Source: Paracoccaceae bacterium (GTDB lineage Bacteria > Pseudomonadota > Alphaproteobacteria > Rhodobacterales > Rhodobacteraceae). Taken from it: a stretch of 64,000 bases of DNA. The notes below the pieces were generated by a model. That model was not told where the DNA came from, made no database searches, and was given only the letters and a program-made list of their open reading frames with translations. This document shows positions 29,492 through 39,839 of this stretch, in pieces (the first letter of the stretch is position 1; every line of letters starts with the position of its first letter). Location: NCBI GenBank assembly GCA_965214325.1, contig CBDCBG010000004.1, positions 190,843 to 254,842 of the forward strand. The letters run 5' to 3'. The position numbers and the translations under genes were made by a program.

Positions 29492-31867
29492 CAATGGCAT
29501 TGAGTTTGGCCGGAACAGATTTTCCTGATTTCCGCGACCGGCCAAAGACCATGTCCTGAGGCGTTTGCTTGCGCGCGCCGGAATCTTTCGTTCAGGCCTG
29601 CCTCATGGATCGGCCCGGTTCAATGTAGCGTCGAATCAGTCCGTCCCGAGGGAGGCCGCGATGGATCCGCGCATCGAGAACCTGGAGACCACCACCTTTT
29701 TCGGCAAGCGGCTGACCCGCAGGCAGATCGCGGTCATGCAGGAGATGGTCGAGCTGTTCCCGAAGGACAGCCGGCGGGAGCTGGCCCGCACGCTGTGCGA
29801 GAACTTCAACTGGCACACGCCGTCCGGAACCTGCAGGGAGCAGTTCTGCCTGCGGGTTCTCGAAAAGCTGGAGACGCTGGGCATCCTGACCCTGCCGGAA
29901 CGGCGCGAGACGGGCGGGCGGCGCGGGCCTTCCGCCCGCACCGAAGCCGGCGAGCCCGGCGAGCCGGTCGATGCGCCGCTCCGGGACCTGGAGCCGGTCA
30001 CGCTGGAGGTCGCCGCCGACGGGCGGGACCTTGCCGAATGGACCGAGCTCGTGGACCGCTGCCATCCGCGCGGCTACAGGTCGCCCATCGGCTGCCACCT
30101 CGCGTATTTCGTCCTCGACGGCAGCGGCCGCCGCCTGGGCTGCCTGATGTTCGAGAGCTCCGGGTCGCTTCCGGTCCGCGACGCATGGATCGGATGGACG
30201 GAGCGCCAGCGCGAGGACGGCCTCCGGCGGGTTGTCCGGCACAGCCGCTTTTTGGTGTTTCCATGGGTCCGTGTCAGGAACCTGGCCTCCCGGTCGCTGT
30301 CGCTGGCGACCCGCCGGGTCGCCGACGACTGGCACCGGCGCTGGGGCGTGCGCCCGCTTCTGGCGGAGACGTTCGTCGACCCGCAGGAGCAGGAGGGCAG
30401 CTGCTACCGCGCGGCGGGATGGAAGGGGATCGGCGCCACCGCCTCCCGCGCGCCCAAGGACGTGTACGTGACCGAGCTGGAAACGGACGCCCGGGCCGCG
30501 CTGCGCGGCGAGCGGAAGGAAGCGGGAGGCAAGCCGGCCCGCGCCCCCGAAAGCGCCCGGACGGTCGCCGGGATGTGGAGCGCGGTCGCCGCCGCCGCCG
30601 CCAGGACGGCCGAGCGCCACGACCGCGAGTGGCGGGTGCGCCGGCGACTGATCGGCACCTTCCTGGTCGTCCTCTTCGTCCTCCGCCTGGTGTTCGGGAC
30701 CGGGCGCAGCTACGGCGATGCCCTCGCCGAGATCTGGGAGAACGCGCGCAGCCTGGGGGTGGCGCTGCCGCAGGAAAGCCCGGTGACGCCGTCGGCGATG
30801 TCCCGGGCGCGCGCCAAGGTCGATCCGCAGGTCTTCAGGGACCTCCACCGGGAGGTCCTCGCCCGGGCTCCGGACCGCCCGCTCTGGAAGGGGCGGCGGG
30901 TCTTCGGCGTCGACGGCGCCAAGGTCAACCTGCCGCCGCCGCTTGCTGATGCCGAGACTGCCGGCCGACTTCGGCCTGTACGCCGACACCAACGAGCGGC
31001 GCGCCGCCGTCGAGCACCTCAGGACCCTGTCCGCCGGGGACGTGGTCGTCCACGACCGGGGCTGTTTCTCCTGCGAGATGCTTCTCGCCCATGTCGTCCG
31101 GGGCCAGGACGCCGTGTTCCGGCTCAAGCGGGACGCGAACGCGGAGACCGTCGCCTTCCTCGCCGGCCCGCTGGAAGAGAGGCTGGTCTGGATCCGGCCC
31201 GACGACAGGGCGCTGGCCCGGCTGAAGGCCCGCCACCCCGGCGCGGCGTTCGGGCCGCTGAAGCTTAGGCTGGTCCGCTACGCCGCCGGCGACACCGTCT
31301 TCGCCCTCGGCACCACCTTGGCCGCCGAAGACGGCTTCACCGTCGAGGACCTGGCAGGCATCTGCAGGGCGCGCTGGCGCATCGAGGAGATGTACAAGAC
31401 CGCGAAGTGGTTCCTGGCCGTCGAGTCCTTCCGCTCCGAAAGCGAGCGCGGCGTCCTCCAGGAACTCTACGCCAACTTCGTCATGGTCACCGCGACCCGC
31501 CTCATGACCAACGAGATCGACGGGGAGATCAACGCCTCGCCGGACGGCAGGCCGCCGAAAAGGGTGAACTTCAAGCACGCCGTCGCCGCCGTCTTCCGCA
31601 ACTTCGAGGCCCTCGCGCTCGTCCAGGCCGATGCCGTCGCCGAAACCGTCGCGCGGATCGTCGACGACGTCGCCGCCCTCTGGCAGCGGGAACGGCCCGG
31701 CCGCAGCTACCCAAGGGTGTCGTTCAAGCCGAAAAGCAAATGGGCACGGAAGGGGAAGGTCGCCGCAGCAAGCTGAGCCGCTTCCACCCGAAAGACCGGC
31801 CTTCCGGTGCAGGACCACCCACGTCCCGTTAAGTCAACAACCCTGATTCCTTAAGTCAATGCCATTG
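29492..31867 (+). mobile_element. IS4-type element with DUF4338-DDE fusion transposase, copy 1 (deleted/frameshifted)
   Basis: Termini CAATGGCATTGA... / ...CAATGCCATTG. 10-bp TSD GCCGGCCGCG at 29482..29491 and 31868..31877. About 82 bp shorter than copy 2. Confidence 0.8.
29661..31776 (+). pseudogene. DUF4338-IS4 DDE fusion transposase, inactivated by an internal deletion near 30,950
   Basis: Colinear with 37196..39385 up to GVDGAKVNLPPPL. About 82 nt are then missing and the frame shifts. The C-terminal part resumes in ORF 30943..31776. Confidence 0.8.
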
Positions 31868-31892
31868 GCCGGCCGCGGGCTTGCGGGAACCG

Positions 31893-32561
31893 TCAGGAAG
31901 CGCCAGGGGGATGACGCCGTCGCGTTCGCTGCAGCCCTCCTGTGCACGGACCGGCGCGACCTTGCATGACCTGCTGGTGCATGAGCCGCAGGTGTTCGCC
32001 TGTGCGGAACCTCTTGTTGGCCGGCCCGCGCAGAAACCTGTCCTCCAGGAACCGGAGCCGGGACCTGCATCGCTCCGACGCCGCCTCGGCACGCCAAGGC
32101 TCATCCTCGATTCCGGACAGGTCTCGCTGGATCACGATCCGGTCGATGAACCCGGCAACCCGGTCCAGGTCCATCGCGGCATCCAGGCCCGTCGCCTCCT
32201 CCCGCCATGCGTGGCAGCCGTCGGGACCGCCACATTCCTCCGGAGGGCAGGCGCCGGAGCCGCCGATGCATGCCGGATGCCTGTTGGCCGACCCCGCGGA
32301 CACGCGATCCTCGACCCTCGGCTCGCGCTCCCACCAGCACCTCATGTCGCAGAGGCAGCGAAACTTCGCATTGCTGCGAAACCGGAAATCCGAAAGGGGA
32401 ACGTCCACGGGCTGGCCGCGCAGATGCGGGCCGGCGTGCACGACGCCCCGGACGCTGCACTGAAAGAGGTGAATCGCTTCCCGTCCCGTCGCCACCTGGA
32501 GCACGCCGTGAAGTTCGTGCAACGACATGGTTTCCGGAACAAGAACGCGTCGCCATGTCAT
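31893..32561 (-). pseudogene. pRiA4b ORF-3-like family protein, 5'-truncated by a MITE
   Basis: TWRRVLVPETMSLHELHGVLQVATGREAIHLFQ matches the IWRRi.VP...tL.dLH..iq.amgW...HLh.F pattern. The apparent ATG is built from the MITE terminus (A32560, T32561). Confidence 0.55.
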
Positions 32562-33063
32562 TGGCCCTAACCCAACATCGGAACCAAAAGTCCCACAACG
32601 GGCCGGTGAGCGGGAACCGGAGCTCTCAGAGGCCGTTGACGGGCGATTGCGCAGGCAAATGGGCTGAGAGCATCGAAAATTCCCTGAGATTTCGCCTGTA
32701 TCCCAGAGTCGCGCGTGAGCTTGACAGGACTTGCCGTCATTTCAGGCGTGTGGTGGCCTGAATTCCCGGATTCCTTATCTCACCCGACAGCTCGAGGCCG
32801 CCAGGACCCCTGAGGCAAGGGACAATATCCTGAAGATGATCGCACTCCATTCGCCCTAGGCAAAGTGCCACGCCAACATGCTTGGCGAGCATGATCTCTC
32901 GCAGGACAGGCTGCGGGACAACACTGGCGTCCTGCCCCCCAAATCTGCACCCAGCATCATCCCTGAAAATTGGGAGCTTCCAAGTCGATAATGCGTCAAC
33001 GTTTTCAGAGCAAAATGAACTTCCTTGTGGGACTCTTGGTTCCGATGTTGGGTTAGGGCCAAT
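32560..33063. mobile_element. 504-bp MITE-like element with 39-bp terminal inverted repeats
   Basis: ATTGGCCCTAACCCAACATCGGAACCAAAAGTCCCACAA (32560..32598) is inverted at 33025..33063 with 1 mismatch. No ORF inside. It truncates genes or elements on both sides. Confidence 0.6.
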
Positions 33064-33069
33064 TTGCGA

Positions 33070-33667
33070 CGGTTTCCGAGCACCGCCACCATGACGTCCG
33101 ACTTGAGACCACCCGAGCCCAGAGGTCCTCGCTCAGGATGGGTTGTGTTGTCCCACCCCTCATCGCTTAATCGACCTCATCCGCCAGTGAGAGGAACTCC
33201 GCGCCATTTCCCGCTTTGCGGTCATAGGCCTGGTCTTTGACATTCGTGGGTCATCCTGTCCGTTCCTTTCACCTTCCGATCTTTCGCCACTGAACTTTCC
33301 CGAATTGCCGCCGTCTCTACGTCGGGGGGTCCCGATGCGTGCACCTCAGTTCTTCCGCATCGGCTCTGGCCATCAGGTTGGCAACAGACCCTTGGCGTCC
33401 CCGTTCACCCCACAAATCAGCTTCATGTGGGAAGGAGATTTTCGTCGCTTCAAGCAATCGTTCGCTTTCGCTACGGCCCTCCGGTTTGCTCGCCGTCCTG
33501 GCTGACCGGACCAAAGGCAGTTCAGCATTTGGCCTGCGACGGCTTCTTGCTTCCCAGCTCGCTGATACAGGGTCGCCCCGGTACCAGTGGGATATGCTAC
33601 GGCGCCAAACTGAGAATTGCGCCGGCGGGACTTCCACCCGCAAGTTCAACAGCTAGATTCGCTGCAC
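33070..33667 (-). mobile_element. ORF-less group II intron-like unit B2 (3' part cut off by the MITE)
   Basis: Starts GTGCAGCGAATCTAGCTGTTGAACT on the reverse strand. About 85-90 percent identical by eye to unit B1 over its length. Confidence 0.5.
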
Positions 33668-33754
33668 GTTACCCTTTGTTGGGTAGGCTGCTGGCGCGCG
33701 CGTCCTTAGGTGGAGGCTTTTCCGGTCCCGCTCTTTCGATTGCGGGCGGGTGCG

Positions 33755-34551
33755 CAGTTCCACCATAGACCACGTTTCCAGCGGCCCCCCTAAAATTCCG
33801 TACGTCCGGTTTTCCCGGGTACGGCTTCAAGCATCGGGCACCGCAAAGTTGAGATAGGGCCTTCCCCATGCTGCAACAGGTTAAGGCTGACCCAGCCATA
33901 CTCTGTCCGCCGCAGGCGTTTACCCTATCCGTAGGCGACAGGCTGACGCCACTCTACATCGGTTTCTGAGCACCGACACCATGACGCCGGACTTGTAGCC
34001 ACCCGAACCCAGAGGTCCTCGCTCAGAGTGGGTTGTGTTGTCCCACCCATCGTCGCTTAATCGACCTCATCCGCCAGTGAAAGATACTCCGCGCCATTTC
34101 CCGTTTACGGTTATAGGTTTGGTCTTTGACATTCATGGGTCATCCTGTCTGTTCCTTTCACCTTCCGATCTTTCACCGCTGAACTTTCCCGAATTGCCGC
34201 CGTCTATACGTCGGGGGACCCAATGCGTGCTTTCCTCAGTTCTTCCGCATCGGTTCTAGCCATCAGGTGGAAAGGAAGCCCTTGGCGTCCCCATTTGCCC
34301 CACAAATCAGCTTCATGTGGGAGTCCCATTTCGTCGCTTCAAACAATCGTTCGCTTTCGCTACGGCCCTCCGGTTTGCTCGCCACCCTGGCTGACCAGAC
34401 CAGGTCAATAGACTGGCCTACGGTGACTTTGCACTTCCCAGCTCGCTGTGCACAGATCTCTCTGCGTTCAGTGGGATATGCTACGGCGCCGAACTGAGAA
34501 TTGCGCCGACAGGACTTTCACCTGCGAGTTCAACAGCTAGATTCGCTGCAC
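33755..34551 (-). mobile_element. ORF-less group II intron-like unit B1 (about 790 nt)
   Basis: Canonical domain V on the reverse strand (AAGCCGTACCCGGGAAAACCGGACGTACGGAATT, about 33795..33829), followed by a domain-VI-like hairpin with a bulged A. No ORF. The 3' end is uncertain by about 10 nt, and the 5' end may lack about 23 nt relative to type A. Confidence 0.5.
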
Positions 34552-34588
34552 CCTTCCTGCGGGACTTTCACCCGCTGCACATTCACCA

Positions 34589-36502
34589 GTTATCGCGGTA
34601 GGGAACCGGGTTACCCCGGTCCCCCCGCTCAGATCCCGGCGTGCGCGTTAACGCACCGGGCTCCTCCCTTGGGTCCTCACGACGAGCCGTTGGCTCGGCC
34701 ACGGGTGGCGGATCCCGACTTTGGGCCAGTGGACGGCGGTCAGGAGATCGATGTCCTCCCATTCCGTGCGGTCCCTTTGGGACCGACGCCGGAGGGCACG
34801 CCAGAGCAGCCGCTTGCAGAGGTGAACGAACCTCTCCAGATGTCGGCCACTCCCGGGGACAGCGTAGTGGTTGAGCCAGCCGTTGATGACCCTGCCCAGC
34901 CACGCAGCCGTGTCGTGCCGGTTGTCGTGCCACCGCTCGCGAAGCCTTTCCTTGATCCGCCGCAAAGTGCGGTTGACCCGTTTCCGGGACGGCTTGCGTC
35001 CGACCCTGAACCTTCCCTTCCTCGACTCGTCGCAGAAGTGCGTCATGCCAAGGAAGTCGAACGTCTCCGGCTTGCCCTGCCCCCGGTTCCGGCGGTTCGC
35101 CTTCGCGAACCGGCCGAACTCGATGAGCCGGGTCTTGTCCGGATGCAGTTCCAGTCCGAACAGGGCCAGCCTTTCGCCCAAGTCCCGGAGGAAGCGCTTC
35201 GCGTCGCCCTCGTGCTGGAAGCCGCACACGAAGTCGTCCGCATGGCGGACGATGATCGTGTCGCCTCCGGCAATCCGCTTGCGCCATGTGTTGTGGAACC
35301 AGACGTCGAGCACATGGTGCAGGCAGACGTTGGCGAGGATCGGGGAAACTGTCCCGCCTTGCGGAACGCCCCTGCCCGTGTCCGTCCAGTCGGTCCCCTC
35401 CATGACGCCGGCGTCGAGCCACTTGACGATCAGCCGCATGACCCGCACGTCCCCGATGCGTCTCTCAAGCATCCGGACCGGATGGTCCCGCCCGAGATTG
35501 TCGAAGAACCCGCGAATGTCGGCGTCAACGATCCGGCTGACCTTCCGCCGTTCCATTCCGACCGCAATGGCGTCGAGCGCATTGTGCGTCCCCCGCCCCG
35601 GTCGGAACCCGTGGCTGAAGCCGAGGAACTCCGTCTCGTGGATCGGCACCGGAATCGTGTCCGTCACCGCCCGCTGAAGTATCTTGTCCTCCAGCGAGGC
35701 AATGCCGAGCGGTCGCTGCCCCCCGTCCTCCTTGGGCATGTATGCCCGCCGGGACGGCGGCGCGCGGTACGCCCCCCTGTGCACGCGCCCGTGCAGGTCG
35801 ATCAGCCGATCTTCCAGCCCTTCGGCGTACATCTCCCATGTCACGCCGTCCACGCCAGCGGCCACGTCACTCTTGAGCGAGTGAAACGCCTCCGCCAGCG
35901 CGTCCGTCGTCACATGGTGCAGGAGCGCCACGAGACGCTCTTCCGGGTTCCTCGTTGCAGCCTTTCGTATCCGGTCGGCCGCCTGTGACCCGCTTCCCCG
36001 TTTCTGCGCACGGCGCGAGCTTTGGCCTCCCGGATTCCCCTTGGGTCCGGCCCTTCGCTCCCCCGGCTCCGCTGACCCGGAAGGGCCGTTGTTCGCCGGA
36101 TTCTTCGCTACCATGGCCGAATCTGATTTCTTCAGATCGTTCATCTCCGTTTCGGATTCCTCCTTCGCTTTGCGGCCCCGCACGACAGCGGGGCGAACTG
36201 AAGACCTCCCAGGTCCCGGTGGACTGCTTCGACGCGTGCCTTGGTTCCCAGACCCCGCGGAGCCTCTCCTCGCCTCACCAAACCGGCTCGAAGAGTGTTG
36301 CCTTCGGCCCGTCTGACAGCCTCGGCACTCCAGTTGTGTCAGTTTTCGTGGCTCAGTCGCCCGGCCCACGCCTGCCGCTTGCCAACGCTTCACCTGCCGC
36401 CTCGCGACGACCGGCGCATGGTTCGCGGAGAAAGTGGCTGGCTGACCTCTCTTTCTGCCGGGACTTTCACCCGGCGACATTCCACCAGTTAGCCTGGCGC
36501 AC
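34589..36502 (-). mobile_element. group II intron A1, full length (1,914 nt)
   Basis: 5' GTGCGCCAGGCTAACTGGTG (compare Ll.LtrB GUGCGCCCAGAUAGGGUG). RT/maturase ORF in domain IV. Domain V GAGCC..GGATC spans the ORF stop. Domain VI hairpin with a TA bulge, 3' end ...CGCGATAAC. Confidence 0.8.
34648..36144 (-). CDS. group II intron reverse transcriptase/maturase (no endonuclease domain)
   Basis: RT blocks RPLGIASLEDKILQ, FRPGRGTHNA, DADIRGFFDN, GVPQGGTVSPILAN, RHADDF. Maturase X domain GWLNHYA. No HNH/En motif. ATG 36144. Confidence 0.9.
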   Translation of the reverse strand: MNDLKKSDSAMVAKNPANNGPSGSAEPGERRAGPKGNPGGQSSRRAQKRGSGSQAADRIRKAATRNPEERLVALLHHVTTDALAEAFHSLKSDVAAGVDGVTWEMYAEGLEDRLIDLHGRVHRGAYRAPPSRRAYMPKEDGGQRPLGIASLEDKILQRAVTDTIPVPIHETEFLGFSHGFRPGRGTHNALDAIAVGMERRKVSRIVDADIRGFFDNLGRDHPVRMLERRIGDVRVMRLIVKWLDAGVMEGTDWTDTGRGVPQGGTVSPILANVCLHHVLDVWFHNTWRKRIAGGDTIIVRHADDFVCGFQHEGDAKRFLRDLGERLALFGLELHPDKTRLIEFGRFAKANRRNRGQGKPETFDFLGMTHFCDESRKGRFRVGRKPSRKRVNRTLRRIKERLRERWHDNRHDTAAWLGRVINGWLNHYAVPGSGRHLERFVHLCKRLLWRALRRRSQRDRTEWEDIDLLTAVHWPKVGIRHPWPSQRLVVRTQGRSPVR

Positions 36503-36539
36503 CACACGTCCTGACATCGCCCCTTGCGACAGGCAACTT

Positions 36540-37021
36540 TCATGAGGCGGGTTTCCCCGCCCTGGCATTGTTCCCGGGCAATTCGTAGACCATGCGCAGG
36601 CCGGTTCCGGGGAAGATCGTGCATGTCTGGTTGAGCTCTTCGAGCAGTCCCGCGACGGCGGCGTCGCCCGCATCGCTTGCGGTGTCGAGGATGCCGTTCT
36701 CCGGTTCGGGGAAGATGTCGGCCTCCGACCGGAACAGCTCCGCGAGGGGACGGCGGGGGCGTTGCCTCGCGCCCTGCGCGTCGGCGACGGCAGGCATCAT
36801 CCGGGTCTCGGCGCGGCAGGCGATCATCCGGATGACGTCGAGGAGCAGCCTCTCGCCGGAGGGCAGCGCGTCAAGCCACTCGCCCTCGCCGAGTTCCGCG
36901 ACCTTGACGTGCGTGGGCAGCTCCCCGCGCCGGAGCTTGAGCGCCTCGCGCTCGGCGTCGAGCGTCCCGATCTCGGCCTTCAGCCTCTCGGCGGACCTGG
37001 CGGCCGTGCCGGACGGCCCGC
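36540..37021 (-). pseudogene. unclassified DDE transposase, C-terminal fragment (interrupted by the IS4-type element)
   Basis: Reads on from 39480..39839 across the insertion: ...LTGGGP|SGTAARSAERLKAE...LLLDVIRMIACRAETRMM...TGLRMVYEL. IS family not recognised. Confidence 0.45.
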
Positions 37022-39479
37022 CAATGGCATTGAATTAGGCCCGATCAGATTTTCCTGATTTTCGCGCCTTTTCAAAGTCCATGTTTTTTGGGCGTTTCCG
37101 CGCTCGCGCGGGGATCTTTCGTTCGGGCTTGACTCATGGAGCGGATCGGTTCATCATAGCATCGACCCAGTCCGTCCGTCCCGAGGGAGGCCACGATGGA
37201 TCCGCGCATCGAGAACCTGGAAGCCACCACCTTTTTCGGCAAGCGCCTGACGCGGAGGCAGATCGCGCTCATGAAGGAGACGGTCGAGCTGTTCCCGAAC
37301 GACAGCCGGCGGGAACTTGCCCGCACGCTGTGCGAGAACTTCAACTGGCACACGCCGTCCGGAACCTACAGGGAGCAGTTCTGCCTGCGGGTTCTTGAGG
37401 AACTGGAGAGGCTGGGCATCCTGACCCTGCCGGAGCGGCGCGAGACGGGCGGGCGGCGCAACGCTCCCGCCCGCACCGAGGCCGGCGAACCCGGGGAGCC
37501 GATCAACGCGCCGCTCCCGGCCCTGGAGCCGGTCACGCTGGAAATCGCCGCCGGCGGACGGGATCTGGCGGAATGGAACGAGCTCGTGGACCGGTACCAT
37601 CCGCGCGGCTACATGTCGCCCATCGGCTGCCATCTCGCGTATTTCATCCTCGACGCTCACGGCCGCCGCCTGGGCTGCCTGATGTTCGAGAGCGCGGGCG
37701 CGCTGCCGGTTCGCGACGCGTGGGTCGGATGGGACCGGCGGCAGCGCGACGCGGGCCTCGCCCGCCTTCTCAGGAACAGCCGGTTCCTGGTGTTTCCATG
37801 GGTCAGCGTCAGGAACCTTGCCTCCCGGTCCCTGTCGCTGGCGGCCCGACGGGTCGCCGACGATTGGCACCGGCGCTGGGGTGTGCACCCGCTCCTTGTG
37901 GAGACGTTCGTCGACCCGCAGGAGCAGGAGGGCAGTTGCTACCGCGCGGCGGGATGGACGGAGATCGGCGCCACGGCCTCCCGCAGCGTACCCAAGAACG
38001 TGTACGTGCTCGAGCTGGAGACGGACGCCCGGGCCGCGCTGCGCGGCGAGAGGAAGGAGACAAGACGCAGGCCGGCCCGCGCTCCGGAAAGCGCGCGGAC
38101 GGCCGCCGGGATGTGGAGCGCGGTCGCCGCCGCCGCCGCCAGGACGTCCGAGCGCCACGACCGCGAGTGGCGGGTGCGCCGCCGACTGATCGGCACCTTC
38201 CTGGTCGTCCTCTTCGTCCTCCGCCTCGTGTTCGGCACGGGGCGCAGTTACGGCTCAGCCCTCGCCGAGATCTGGGAGAGCGCCCGCAGGATGGGCGTGA
38301 CGCTGCCGCAGGACCGCCCGGTGACGCCGTCGTCGATGTCCCGGGCGCGCGCCAAGGTCGACCCGGAGGTCTTCAGGGAGCTTCACCGGGAGATCCTGGC
38401 CGAGGCCCCTGACCGCCCGCTCTGGAAGGGACGGCGGGTCTTCGGCGTCGACGGAGCCAAGATCAACCTGCCGAGGCCGCTCGTGGATGCCGGATACGCG
38501 ACGCCGGGCAAGCATGCACACTACCCGCAGGGTCTGGTCAGCTGCCTTTACGAACTGGAGCCGCGGCTGCCGTTCGACTTCGGACTGCACGCCGACACCA
38601 ACGAGCGCCGCGCCGCAGCCAGGCACCTCAAGGCCCTGTCCGCCGGGGACGTGGTCGTCTACGACCGGGGCTACTTCTCCTACGAGATGCTTCTCGCCCA
38701 CGTCGTCCGGGGCCAGGACGCCGTGTTCCGGCTCAAGCGGGATGCGAACGCGGAGACCGTCGCCTTCCTCGCCGGCTCGCTGGACGACAGGACGGTCGAG
38801 ATCCGGCCCGACGGCAAGGCGCTGGCCCGGCTGAAGGCCCGCCACCCAGGTGCCGCGTTCGGGCCGCTGAAGCTGAGGCTGGTCCGCTACGCCGCCGGCG
38901 ACACGGTCTTCGCCCTCGGCACCACGCTCACGGAAGACGACGGCTTCCGCGTCGAGGACCTGGCCGCGATCTATCGGGCGCGTTGGCGTCTTGAAGAGAT
39001 GTACAAGACCGCCAAGTGGTTCCTGGCCGTCGAGTCCTTCCGCGCCGAAAACGAGCGCGGCGTCCTGCAGGAACTCTACGCCAGCTTCGTCATGGTCACC
39101 GCCACCCGCCTGATGACCAACGAGATCGACGGGGAAATCAACGCAGCGCCCGGGGACGGACACCCGAAGAGGGTGAACTTCAAGAACGCCGCAGCAGCGG
39201 TCTTCCGCAACTTCGAGGCCCTCGCGCTCGCCCAGGCCGACGCCCTCGCCGAAACCGTCTCGCGCATCGTCGACGACGTCGCCGCACTCTGGCAGCGCGA
39301 AAGGCCCGACCGCAGCTATCCGAGGATGTCACGCAAGCCCAGAAACAAATGGTCGCGAAAGGGGAAGGTCGCCGCCGCCAGCTGAACCACGCACGACAAG
39401 CGGAATACACGCCTTCCGCTGCTGGACCTTCCACGTCCCGTTAAGTCAACAGCGCCGATTCCTTAAGTCAATGCCATTG
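37022..39479 (+). mobile_element. IS4-type element with DUF4338-DDE fusion transposase, copy 2 (intact, 2,458 bp)
   Basis: Same termini as copy 1. 10-bp TSD GACGGCCCGC at 37012..37021 and 39480..39489. Confidence 0.85.
37196..39385 (+). CDS. fusion transposase: N-terminal DUF4338 (DruA-like) domain plus C-terminal IS4-family DDE domain (729 aa)
   Basis: N-terminal half aligns with the stand-alone DUF4338 proteins (RFLVFPWVSVRNLASRSLSL, ETFVDP...GSCYRAAGW). C-terminal half has DGAKINL, VVYDRGYFS and the YRARWRLEEMYKTAK (Y-2-R-3-E-6-K) IS4 signature. Confidence 0.85.
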   Translation: MDPRIENLEATTFFGKRLTRRQIALMKETVELFPNDSRRELARTLCENFNWHTPSGTYREQFCLRVLEELERLGILTLPERRETGGRRNAPARTEAGEPGEPINAPLPALEPVTLEIAAGGRDLAEWNELVDRYHPRGYMSPIGCHLAYFILDAHGRRLGCLMFESAGALPVRDAWVGWDRRQRDAGLARLLRNSRFLVFPWVSVRNLASRSLSLAARRVADDWHRRWGVHPLLVETFVDPQEQEGSCYRAAGWTEIGATASRSVPKNVYVLELETDARAALRGERKETRRRPARAPESARTAAGMWSAVAAAAARTSERHDREWRVRRRLIGTFLVVLFVLRLVFGTGRSYGSALAEIWESARRMGVTLPQDRPVTPSSMSRARAKVDPEVFRELHREILAEAPDRPLWKGRRVFGVDGAKINLPRPLVDAGYATPGKHAHYPQGLVSCLYELEPRLPFDFGLHADTNERRAAARHLKALSAGDVVVYDRGYFSYEMLLAHVVRGQDAVFRLKRDANAETVAFLAGSLDDRTVEIRPDGKALARLKARHPGAAFGPLKLRLVRYAAGDTVFALGTTLTEDDGFRVEDLAAIYRARWRLEEMYKTAKWFLAVESFRAENERGVLQELYASFVMVTATRLMTNEIDGEINAAPGDGHPKRVNFKNAAAAVFRNFEALALAQADALAETVSRIVDDVAALWQRERPDRSYPRMSRKPRNKWSRKGKVAAAS

Positions 39480-39839
39480 GACGGCCCGCCCCCGGTCAGG
39501 TCGGCGACGCGGTTGCGCAGCGTGCCGAGCCTGTTCCGCATCCGGTTGATCCGGCGGTCCAGCTCGCGCCGGGCCGGATTGACGACGCGCGCCTCCGGAT
39601 CCTGCTCGGCGAGGCCGTGCACCGGCAGCGCGTCGTGGCTGAACTCGTCGCGCATGTACTTGAAGAAGCTCTCCTGCGCCCACCGGGAGAACAGCGCGCC
39701 TGCGGCCTGCTCCGTCGGCAAGCCGAAGTCGGTGGTCACGAGCGGGACCTGCCGGCCCGAGTCCAGCAGGCGGCGGATCTGGCGAACCCCGGGCCCCTTG
39801 CCCAGCCTGATCCGCCGCTCGGCGAGCCGGACCTCGGCG
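39480..39839 (-). pseudogene. unclassified DDE transposase, middle fragment (5' end removed by IS6 copy B)
   Basis: ...VPLVTTDFGLPTEQAAGALFSRWAQESFFKYMRDEF... (RW.QE..FK DDE-E region). Confidence 0.45.

Noticed and set aside
33064-34551. Tandem repeats of about 884 bp considered as a satellite or CRISPR-like array.
   Set aside because: There are only two units, each is hundreds of bp long, and each contains group II intron domains V and VI. There is no short repeat-spacer periodicity anywhere in the window.
34648-36144. Reverse transcriptases as possible retron, DGR or Abi-type defence RTs (also 43502..45001).
   Set aside because: Both sit inside complete group II intron RNA frameworks (GTGCG 5' end, domains V and VI) and have maturase X domains. 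No msr/msd-like repeats and no template/variable repeat pairs are present.
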